Assembly (NCBI GenBank): GCA_029564175.1
Contig: JAKQQL010000191.1
Location: 1 to 28,507 of the forward strand
Source: Candidatus Cloacimonadota bacterium
Lineage (GTDB): Bacteria; Cloacimonadota; Cloacimonadia; Cloacimonadales; WRIO01
DNA length: 28,507 nucleotides
Reading direction: 5' to 3'
Positions 19,062-26,761 of this stretch are shown here, in pieces; position 1 is the first letter of the stretch; each line of letters opens with the position of its first letter. The notes beneath the pieces were generated by a model. That model saw only the letters and a program-made list of their open reading frames with translations. It did not search any database and was not told the origin of the DNA. Position numbers and translations under genes: made by a program.

Positions 19062-19095
19062 AGGGTGCCTTATTTGTAATAAGGTGCCCTTTTTT
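19062..19095 (+). terminator. Intrinsic terminator after hutH
   Basis: AGGGTGCCTTATT-TGT-AATAAGGTGCCCT (two G-U pairs) followed by a T run. Confidence 0.88.
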
Positions 19096-19130
19096 ATGTT
19101 CTATTAGTATCAATCAACACAGGAGTTTGG

Positions 19131-21317
19131 ATGTCGAATCAATCTTATTTCCTTAAGAATGCTTGCCTAAAAGCCTTTAAGTTATCTTTGTTTGTTTTAA
19201 TCATATTATTATTATCTTCTTGTGCCTATTATAATACTTTTTACAACGCTAAGCAGTATTTTGAATCTGCGCAGAAAAAACCGCTTACCAATCGTAATAA
19301 GCCCTCTTCTGCCGCTATTGAAGAATATAATAAAGTGATTAAAAAGTGTGGCGTAATACTCACAGACTATAAAGATAGCAAATGGGCTGATGATGCTTTG
19401 TTTTTGCTGGCAAAAGCATTGTATTTCAGAGGAAATAATGAAATACAGGCATTGGAAAAAGCCGATGATTTATTAAAATTCTATCCTGATAGTCCTTTTA
19501 TCCCTGAAGCGCATATACTGATTGCTAAGATTAACTATGATTTGAATAAAAAAGCAGATGCTTTTAAAATGCTCCAAGAGTTTATTCAACGAGCTGAATT
19601 TAAAGAACAGCATCCAAAGGCTTTAGTACTTATTTCAGATTATTACATTCGTGAAAAGAATTATATAGATGCTCAGTTTTATCTGAGAATGATTACTGAA
19701 AAATACTCTGATAGCGATGAATACCCTAATGCTTTTTATCTATTGGGTAAAACTCTATTTGATAATGAGGATTACAAAGGTTCACTTAAAGTATTTACGG
19801 ATTTAAACAGCTCAAGAATTGATAGATCAATCAAGTTATCTGCACAATATTACATTGCATATAATCAGTTCAATTTAAAACAATATGATGATGCTCAAAA
19901 AACAATTAAAAAACTAACAAAATCAGAATTTAGAGAGAGTGAAATACCAAAAATTAGTATTCTGAATGCACGTGTTTTAATTGAAAAAGGAAATTATGAA
20001 AAAGGGTTGAAAGAACTTGAAGAAGTCATCAGGGTTAATCCCAGAACTTTATACTCAGCCGAAGCCGTTTTCTTTATTGCCGAAACAAATTTTTCAAAAC
20101 TCTATAAGTATGAAGATGCAATTTCTTACTATAACCGAGTCAAAACTGAAATGAACACTTCTCCATTAATAGAGAAAGCAGTGATCAGAAGTGCTATCGC
20201 ATCTCAGATTATTCAGCTACAAAGACCAAACCGTGAACTGGCACTGGATGATTTGATCAATGAACAGCTAAAACTTGCTGAATACTTTATGTATGAGCTT
20301 GATCAGCCTGATTCTGCGCTTGCAATTTATGAGAAAATACCCATCCAAAAAAATAAACTGATTGAACTGAAAGATATATATCTTCAAAAGAGTCAATTTT
20401 TCAGCCAAAATACACATATCTCTTTTGATTCCTTGTTCACTGATTATAATATGACCTTTAATGATACGCTTAAATGGGATCATATTGTTAATGACTCTCT
20501 AAAAGTGGTGTTTCAAGACTCTTTAACTACAAATATCCAGCAAAATCTTGAACGATATGAACAGGATATAAAACAGTATGATGAGCAATATATCCCTTAT
20601 ACCTATTTCATTCAGGCAGTAATTTATGATCATTTAAAAAATGATCAGACGAAGGTACTGGAGATTGTGAATTATCTCAATACAAACTACGCAGATAACA
20701 GATATACGATTGCCTTACAAAATTATCTTGCCGGAGAACAGGTTGATTTTTTAACAGTAGATGAAAAAGTAATTAGCAATCAGTATGACAAAGCGATGAG
20801 TATCATTTCTGATTCTTTGCAAACTGCAATACAAATTCTGGATGACATCGCTGATGATGATAGTCAGTGGGGTTTAAAATCAAACTTTACTTTGGGTATA
20901 ACTTACTATATTGACTTACAAGATTCAGTTAAGGCAAAACCTTATCTTGATAAAGTGCTTCTCAAATCACCTCAGTCAGAATATGCACAATTTATAAATT
21001 CTTTCTATGATAAGGGTAGTTTTAAGCTAATCGATGTACTACCAGCTGTTCTTGATATTGAAAAATATGAAAAATTGAAGGCTGAAGCCTTAAAAGATAG
21101 TGTTCAGGTTGACTCATTAAATGCTGTTTCTTCTGATTCTCTAAATTTCAAAGATCAAATGAAAGAGATGATGCCGATTATTATTGAACCAGAAAATGAC
21201 TCTAAACCAACAGAAGAAACTCTGGAAGGTTATTTACAACCAATCATAAGTAATGAACAAAAACACTATTGCATGATTCTCAAAAGATATAACCGTTATA
21301 ATCCTTATGAAATTTAG
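19131..21317 (+). CDS. TPR-repeat lipoprotein (BamD-like/SprE-PorW-like)
   Basis: Lipobox LLSSC then AYYNTFYNA; repeated TPRs (SKWADDALFLLAKA, YPDSPFIPEA, AFYLLGK); SD AGGAG. Confidence 0.8.
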   Translation: MSNQSYFLKNACLKAFKLSLFVLIILLLSSCAYYNTFYNAKQYFESAQKKPLTNRNKPSSAAIEEYNKVIKKCGVILTDYKDSKWADDALFLLAKALYFRGNNEIQALEKADDLLKFYPDSPFIPEAHILIAKINYDLNKKADAFKMLQEFIQRAEFKEQHPKALVLISDYYIREKNYIDAQFYLRMITEKYSDSDEYPNAFYLLGKTLFDNEDYKGSLKVFTDLNSSRIDRSIKLSAQYYIAYNQFNLKQYDDAQKTIKKLTKSEFRESEIPKISILNARVLIEKGNYEKGLKELEEVIRVNPRTLYSAEAVFFIAETNFSKLYKYEDAISYYNRVKTEMNTSPLIEKAVIRSAIASQIIQLQRPNRELALDDLINEQLKLAEYFMYELDQPDSALAIYEKIPIQKNKLIELKDIYLQKSQFFSQNTHISFDSLFTDYNMTFNDTLKWDHIVNDSLKVVFQDSLTTNIQQNLERYEQDIKQYDEQYIPYTYFIQAVIYDHLKNDQTKVLEIVNYLNTNYADNRYTIALQNYLAGEQVDFLTVDEKVISNQYDKAMSIISDSLQTAIQILDDIADDDSQWGLKSNFTLGITYYIDLQDSVKAKPYLDKVLLKSPQSEYAQFINSFYDKGSFKLIDVLPAVLDIEKYEKLKAEALKDSVQVDSLNAVSSDSLNFKDQMKEMMPIIIEPENDSKPTEETLEGYLQPIISNEQKHYCMILKRYNRYNPYEI

Positions 21318-21957
21318 CTTATTACAGCAACAACATACGGTTTTAAAATTTATATTTATACTGATGGGCTTATTCTATGCGTTTGTGATTAAAGATAAAG
21401 TCGTCATGATACTTCTCGGATGTAATCTGTTGTTTTTTTTATTTGATCTGACATTGTTCAAAGCATGGCTTTATACATTAAACAAAGCCAGTTCTTTTGT
21501 GATGTCATACTTGATATTTGCGCTGATTATCGATATTGATTTTAGCCTACAAATCAGTTTTTTACTGAGAATTATGTATTTATTGCAGCTATCGGTATAT
21601 CTGACAAAAACAAGTAACCTTCATCATAGCATTAATGACTTACGTTTTTTGCGTAAATATGTTGTTTTGTATGAGGTTTTTTATTTTATTACTGCTTTAA
21701 CTTCATCTATGTCAGTACTTAGCCATATATGGGACAAGCATATTGCCCGGATAAAAAAAGAGAAATTTCAGTTACAGAATTATATTAACGTACTAGTTAT
21801 AACGTTAGAAGAAGGTTTCGCTAAACTTTCTCTGATAGAAAAACAGGTAAGTAGAGTGATCAAAAATACGCAAACACATAAAAGTGAAATACTCACTTCT
21901 GCTAATTTATTGCTTGCATACCAGTTTGTTACTTATATTTTAGCGATATCATTATAA
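21307..21957 (+). CDS. Integral membrane protein, possibly a divergent EcfT/CbiQ-like component
   Basis: Several hydrophobic segments, an amphipathic cytoplasmic part and a C-terminal TM; directly upstream of truA. Confidence 0.5.
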   Translation: MKFSLLQQQHTVLKFIFILMGLFYAFVIKDKVVMILLGCNLLFFLFDLTLFKAWLYTLNKASSFVMSYLIFALIIDIDFSLQISFLLRIMYLLQLSVYLTKTSNLHHSINDLRFLRKYVVLYEVFYFITALTSSMSVLSHIWDKHIARIKKEKFQLQNYINVLVITLEEGFAKLSLIEKQVSRVIKNTQTHKSEILTSANLLLAYQFVTYILAISL

Positions 21958-21970
21958 ATTAGGATAATAA

Positions 21971-22756
21971 ATGAATAAAAGACGTATTGCGATTCAAATT
22001 GCCTACGATGGATCAGTCTTCTATGGTTGGCAAAAACAATATATTTCACCTACTGTTCAGGAATTAGTAGAACAGGGTTTATCAGAAATTTTTAAAGAAT
22101 TGACGCTTGTTACCGGCTCTGGCAGAACCGATTCAGGCGTTCATGCAACCTGTCAGATGGCTCATTTTGACTTTAATTTGAATATGAATATGGAGCAGAT
22201 CAGACTGGCTGTAAAGAGTAAATTGCCTCATAGTATTCAGGTGATCAAAGCCTGGGAGGTCTGCGATGAGTTTCATGCCAGGTATTCTGCAGAAAAACGA
22301 TCATATACATATTTAATCAGCAAAGACAGTAATCCATTTGTTAGGCAGTATCAGGCCGATTTATGGAAATATAAAATCCGTACAGAAAAGATTGTCGAAA
22401 CCATTCCCTATTTTTTGGGAGAACATGATTTTACTTCTTTTTGTAAACCGAATCCTGAAGTAAAAAATCATGTATGTAACATAAGCCATTTATCTTTTGA
22501 AGAAACAGACAGGCATTGGGTTTTAAAAATCTCAGCCAACCGGTTTTTACATAATATGGTGAGAAGAATAGTCGGAGCATTGGTAGCTATTTCTCACAAA
22601 AATCACCCTTCTGAGATTGTCAGTCAGTGGATAGAGGCAAAGAAACACGAACAGAAAAACTTCTTTACTGCACCTGCTCAAGGACTCTATCTATGTAAAG
22701 TGGAATATCCGGAGCATTTGTTTCCGTATCAAACAATAGATGTACCAATTATATGA
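21971..22756 (+). CDS. truA: tRNA pseudouridine(38-40) synthase
   Basis: YDGSVFYGWQ, GSGRTDSGVHA (catalytic Asp), FHARYSA, GEHDFTSF, FLHNMVR, TAPAQGLYL. Confidence 0.97.
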   Translation: MNKRRIAIQIAYDGSVFYGWQKQYISPTVQELVEQGLSEIFKELTLVTGSGRTDSGVHATCQMAHFDFNLNMNMEQIRLAVKSKLPHSIQVIKAWEVCDEFHARYSAEKRSYTYLISKDSNPFVRQYQADLWKYKIRTEKIVETIPYFLGEHDFTSFCKPNPEVKNHVCNISHLSFEETDRHWVLKISANRFLHNMVRRIVGALVAISHKNHPSEIVSQWIEAKKHEQKNFFTAPAQGLYLCKVEYPEHLFPYQTIDVPII

Positions 22757-22832
22757 AACTATCATATTAAACATCTCCATGAAACATATAGAGCTATCAG
22801 CAAACCCCCTTTTTGAGCATAGACAATTACTA

Positions 22833-22861
22833 TTGACAATAATTAAAGCACTTTATATTTT
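22833..22861 (+). promoter_or_regulatory. Putative sigma70 promoter for the antisense RNA
   Basis: TTGACA (22833-22838)-17 nt-TATTTT (or 15 nt-TATATT); no plus-strand CDS before the hairpin at 22970. Confidence 0.5.
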
Positions 22862-22879
22862 GGATTGGTCTTTCCAAAG

Positions 22880-22948
22880 TTAACAGAGAAATGGCAGTAA
22901 AATAGGCCAGATCGTATAATCCAGTAAAAGCTTGTAAATTTCAGTCAT
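22880..22948 (-). CDS. 22-aa hydrophobic peptide MTEIYKLLLDYTIWPILLPFLC, candidate type I toxin
   Basis: ATG at 22948 preceded by AAAGGAG (22962-22956) with a 7-nt spacer; TAA at 22882-22880; hydrophobic core; below the ORF-track cutoff. Confidence 0.6.
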   Translation of the reverse strand: MTEIYKLLLDYTIWPILLPFLC

Positions 22949-22969
22949 TGTTTTTCTCCTTTAGCCGTA

Positions 22970-22998
22970 CTACAAGCGTCTCGCTTGTAGCTTTTCTG
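22970..22998 (+). terminator. Hairpin, probable intrinsic terminator
   Basis: Perfect 9-bp inverted repeat CTACAAGCG/CGCTTGTAG followed by a short U-rich tail (CTTTTCT). Confidence 0.6.
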
Positions 22999-23005
22999 CA
23001 AGCAT

Positions 23006-23021
23006 TTGACAGTGACTGTCA
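23006..23021. promoter_or_regulatory. Palindromic operator-like site overlapping a TTGACA
   Basis: TGACAG-TGA-CTGTCA (23007-23021); TTGACA at 23006-23011. Confidence 0.45.
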
Positions 23022-23066
23022 GACTTATTTTGATCAGCATGAAGAGTTAAAAAAAGAGAATGCCTC

Positions 23067-23294
23067 ATGAAATATCATGTGATCAAAGATATATTTGGTG
23101 TTTCAGCGTATGTATGGGAGGGATATATCATCAAAAGAGTGCTTTCAAATCCCCTGCAAAGAAATCCTAACAAACAATTATATCATGTGATTTATCAAAA
23201 TAAAGTCATCAATACGCATCGATTTTACTTGAATGAGGCGAAGAAACAGGTGAAAATACATTCTGGATTATCTGATAAAGATCATGATAAATAA
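23067..23294 (+). CDS. Hypothetical small basic protein (75 aa)
   Basis: ORF fills the gap between the regulatory palindrome and the next promoter; weak SD; YHVI occurs twice. Confidence 0.5.
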   Translation: MKYHVIKDIFGVSAYVWEGYIIKRVLSNPLQRNPNKQLYHVIYQNKVINTHRFYLNEAKKQVKIHSGLSDKDHDK

Positions 23295-23302
23295 GAAATT
23301 AC

Positions 23303-23357
23303 TTGACCTAATCAGGCTAATAAAATAATTTGACAAAAATAGTAAAAAAAATATTTT
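23303..23357 (+). promoter_or_regulatory. Tandem putative sigma70 promoters
   Basis: TTGACC-17-TAATTT (23303-23331) and TTGACA-16-TATTTT (23330-23357). Confidence 0.45.
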
Positions 23358-23371
23358 TAAGGAGCTATAAA

Positions 23372-23542
23372 ATGTCAAAGAATAATCGTGGAAAAGGCTT
23401 AAAAAATGTTGCGAATCATGGTAGAGGTGAATGTCCAGTTTGTAAAAGAACAGGCATCAAAGTGATTTTTGAAAGCAAAATCGAAGAAAGTACAGTCAAA
23501 GTTTGTAAAACCTGCCAAAAAACGATTTCAAACAAAGCATAA
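23372..23542 (+). CDS. 56-aa basic zinc-ribbon protein (CxxC...CxxC)
   Basis: MSKNNRGKGLKNVANHGRGECPVCKRTGIKVIFE...VKVCKTC; SD AAGGAG before ATG 23372; has its own promoter and terminator. Confidence 0.85.
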   Translation: MSKNNRGKGLKNVANHGRGECPVCKRTGIKVIFESKIEESTVKVCKTCQKTISNKA

Positions 23543-23569
23543 GACTTCATTAGCAGTTTTTAAAATTTG

Positions 23570-23599
23570 ATCGGTAAACATAATGTTTGCCGATTTTTT
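23570..23599 (+). terminator. Intrinsic terminator
   Basis: ATCGGTAAACA-TAA-TGTTTGCCGAT followed by TTTTT. Confidence 0.85.
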
Positions 23600-23713
23600 A
23601 TTTTTTAATTTTACTTTACATTTTCTGAGTTTAAAAATAATTTGTTCAAAAATCAAAACAGTAAAGTTTATGATAAGTCATAACGTGTTTTTATATCAAA
23701 AAATGGAGAATTC

Positions 23714-25618
23714 ATGAAAAATAGATATATGTTCATAATTATCGTGATAATCATAACAGCAAAGCTTTTTGCCATCGATTATATATCCATAGATAATCCT
23801 AAAGAAAAGCGGATAAATCCATATCAAAATGATGACAAAAATACATTGTTTTCATATCATAATTCATCGGTTGACAGATTGTTTTACGGAACAGATTCGT
23901 GGGCTGTATTTTATGATTTTACAAAATGGTATGCCGGAATAGATACTTTAAAATGCCAGGTGGAAAGTATTTATCTATATTCCTGGCAAAACCGAGTCAG
24001 CGCAAAAATATACTTGTATGATAACGTTAACGGTCAACCAGGAAGTGTCATCCAGGAAAGGACTAGTGCTTTAACAGAGGGTTGGAATGAAATTCCGGTC
24101 AATCCGGTAGAACTCAGTCAATTTTGGGTCATTTTTGATGATATTACTTCGAATAATGTAAATGCTCAGAATTATGTGTGTGCCTCAGAAGGAAGTGGAA
24201 AAAACAGCTATTATAAATCTGGGCAAGCTTATTATAATTTTGCTAATAATGGATTTAAATCAGAATTGCTCATTTCCGTTAAAGGACAGTTGCAATCCGG
24301 TATGACAGATCTTGTTTTATCTGATTTTGGTTTTGACAGAGAATTAGTGCCCGGAGAATCTGTGCGACCGATCATTCGAATCGCAAATAATAGTAAAAAT
24401 CCAGTATTTAATCCTTATGTGATATTTGAATATAACAATCCGAATAATGAGCTGGCAGGCCGTGATTCAGTCTATATCGGCAATGAAATTGCTGCATTTG
24501 ATACACTTACCGTCGATTTAACGCTTTTTGAACCGGTAACACTTTTATCAACTCCCAATCAATACCAGTTTCAGGCAAATGTGATATGCGATCAAATGGA
24601 AAATGAGATGTTAGGAAATAACAGCTATTCTCAAATATATAACGTATTTAGCGATACTTTGGCCTTTATCACGCTGGAGAACTTTCTACAATCTGATAAA
24701 AACAGCTCTAATCAACTTTGGACAGCGCAAAATGATTTGATTCATGAGGGTATTCTGAGACTCGATTATTTTCCTGATTATTCAGATGATTACTTTCAAC
24801 TGATATTTTCAGAGAAAAATGCCTGGTATCAAAATTATGCATTTCCAAATACAATCATTCAAGGCAATCAAAAAATTAACGGTTTTAATTCCAATACTTA
24901 CCACAGTCAGCTTGAGTTAATTTTGAACGAAGTAAGCCGTAAAAAGACATTTTTAAAACTCGAACGCGCTGATATAGATACCCTGGCAGGTTCATTAACC
25001 GTTAATTTTATACTAAAAAATGAAGAGACGAGACTTTTTAGTAATTATTTAAGCGATTGTATGATCCAGGCTTTTATTGTGCAACCTTATCATTTTAATG
25101 AGAAACACTGCATTTCAGTGAGTAATTATCTCACTAATATTAAGACAGGAGTAACTCTTACAAGTAATTACGCTTCAGAACAGAGTGCTGATTTTAGTAT
25201 TGCATTTGATAAAATTATGCTATATGAAGGTAATCATATCAATGATGCATCACTGGTAATTCAAGTTATCAAAAAATCAAATCAGGAGATTTTATTCAAT
25301 CACCTCATTGCATTGCCGGAACTGGATATCAGTACTAGCAATCAACACGTAAGCCTGAATGCGCCAGATATTGAAGTATGGCCAAATCCTGCCAATCCAA
25401 AAAACCAGTTAAGTATCAAATCGGAATATGTTTCAAAAATAGAAATATTTAACATTAAAGGACAGAAGATAAATCAAATTACACAGGGACTTAATTCGGT
25501 TTATCACTGGGATTACACAGATCAACAACACAAGCAAGTCAGCAGTGGCATTTACTTTTTAAAAATGAGTTATCCAAATGGCCAACATAAAATCAAAAAA
25601 GTAATGCTTTTAAAATAA
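23714..25618 (+). CDS. Secreted T9SS/Por-CTD protein with a CARDB/Ig-like and a possible degenerate Omp28-like domain
   Basis: Signal peptide; TDLVL..VRPIIRIANN Ig-like segment; LENF...FPNTIIQG; C-terminal VWPNPAN..IFNIKGQ..WDYTD..VSSGIYFLKM..KKVMLLK. Confidence 0.8.
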   Translation: MKNRYMFIIIVIIITAKLFAIDYISIDNPKEKRINPYQNDDKNTLFSYHNSSVDRLFYGTDSWAVFYDFTKWYAGIDTLKCQVESIYLYSWQNRVSAKIYLYDNVNGQPGSVIQERTSALTEGWNEIPVNPVELSQFWVIFDDITSNNVNAQNYVCASEGSGKNSYYKSGQAYYNFANNGFKSELLISVKGQLQSGMTDLVLSDFGFDRELVPGESVRPIIRIANNSKNPVFNPYVIFEYNNPNNELAGRDSVYIGNEIAAFDTLTVDLTLFEPVTLLSTPNQYQFQANVICDQMENEMLGNNSYSQIYNVFSDTLAFITLENFLQSDKNSSNQLWTAQNDLIHEGILRLDYFPDYSDDYFQLIFSEKNAWYQNYAFPNTIIQGNQKINGFNSNTYHSQLELILNEVSRKKTFLKLERADIDTLAGSLTVNFILKNEETRLFSNYLSDCMIQAFIVQPYHFNEKHCISVSNYLTNIKTGVTLTSNYASEQSADFSIAFDKIMLYEGNHINDASLVIQVIKKSNQEILFNHLIALPELDISTSNQHVSLNAPDIEVWPNPANPKNQLSIKSEYVSKIEIFNIKGQKINQITQGLNSVYHWDYTDQQHKQVSSGIYFLKMSYPNGQHKIKKVMLLK

Positions 25619-25634
25619 AAGAATAAAGGTTCGC

Positions 25635-26696
25635 ATGCAAAAGAAAATCATCTTATCCAGAACTGTCAATGAATATACCGGAGCCATACACAATCACAGT
25701 AAATACTCAAAAGATGGTCGGATAGAGCTTAAAGAAATCGTTCAGACAGCCCAACATCATAAACTGGATTATCTAACCATAAATGATCACAATAACAAAG
25801 ACGTGTTAAAAGATTCTTATTATGAACGTGCATTAAAAAAAATATTGCTGATTGTTGGGGTTGAAGTCAATGACAATGAAGACAATCACCATTTGTTAGT
25901 GTTTAATCATGACAAGATCGTGAGCAATACAGAAGCAATTAATTATATCCGCTATTATGCCCGAACAGAAGCAGTTACATTCGCAGCACATCCTAATGAA
26001 AGAAGAATTAGTCAGCAGTTTCGAAAATATGAATGGCTTGATAGAAATCTAACGGACTTTAATGGAGTCGAAATCTGGAATTACAGTTCAAGCTGGCTTG
26101 GTAAGGTTAAACCATTATTAAATGGGCTTTTATGTGTTTTTTTTCCTGGTTTGTACATTCGTAAACCCCTAAGAAAGAACTTAAAATTTTGGGATAATCT
26201 GAATCTTTCCAATCAAAGAAAATCAGCAATCGCTTCGACCGATGCGCATGATATTTTACGAAAATGGGGACCTTTTACCTTTAGAGTATTATCATTTAAA
26301 TCCTTATTTAAAGCCCTCAGGACCAATGTGTTGTTGCCGGAGGATATGCCATTTACAGAAAAAAATGTGCTTAACGCACTTCAGAAAGGCCATTCCTATA
26401 TTTGCAATTATCTGCTTGGAAAACCATGGAATTTTTATGCAGCAATTGATAATGGAGAAGGAATAACAGCCATTTTTGGAGATGAAATTGTCTTAAGTTC
26501 AGAAATGAAATTTTATTATAATCTGTCCATGGTGAGCGATGTATATCTTTATTATAATGGGAAACGGATAGATCATCATCATCAAAAAAATGGCTTTTTC
26601 AAAATCAATGAAGCCGGATTCTATCGGTTAGAAATTTCTCGTTATCGTTATGGCTGGATATACACTAACCCAATCTATGTCCTCCCATTCCAATAA
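25635..26696 (+). CDS. PHP-domain metallohydrolase (CehA/McbA-like)
   Basis: GAIHNHSKYSKDG, INDHN, GVEV, AAHP, GVEIWN, STDAH, C-terminal TNPIYV. Confidence 0.85.
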   Translation: MQKKIILSRTVNEYTGAIHNHSKYSKDGRIELKEIVQTAQHHKLDYLTINDHNNKDVLKDSYYERALKKILLIVGVEVNDNEDNHHLLVFNHDKIVSNTEAINYIRYYARTEAVTFAAHPNERRISQQFRKYEWLDRNLTDFNGVEIWNYSSSWLGKVKPLLNGLLCVFFPGLYIRKPLRKNLKFWDNLNLSNQRKSAIASTDAHDILRKWGPFTFRVLSFKSLFKALRTNVLLPEDMPFTEKNVLNALQKGHSYICNYLLGKPWNFYAAIDNGEGITAIFGDEIVLSSEMKFYYNLSMVSDVYLYYNGKRIDHHHQKNGFFKINEAGFYRLEISRYRYGWIYTNPIYVLPFQ

Positions 26697-26761
26697 GTTA
26701 ACTAAATCAAACAGAATAAATGAGCTAAGTTATTGCTTTTTTTTTTGAAAGGATCAATAAA

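Larger units (their letters stand above)
22868..22998 (+). ncRNA. Candidate antisense (antitoxin) sRNA
   Basis: Bounded by the promoter above and hairpin CTACAAGCG-TCT-CGCTTGTAG + CTTTTCT; complementary to the whole minus-strand peptide ORF and its SD; ends approximate. Confidence 0.45.

Noticed and set aside
22911..22978. Purine riboswitch (TCGTATAATCC start, later CCGTA/CTAC)
   Set aside because: No P2 with an AUAUGG loop, no GUUUCUAC junction and no P3 stem; the downstream gene is not purine-related
23330..23371. TTG-initiated N-terminal extension of the Zn-ribbon protein (likewise the extended starts at 5925, 15230 and 17492)
   Set aside because: The downstream ATGs carry clear SD sequences and the extensions overlap promoter or leader elements
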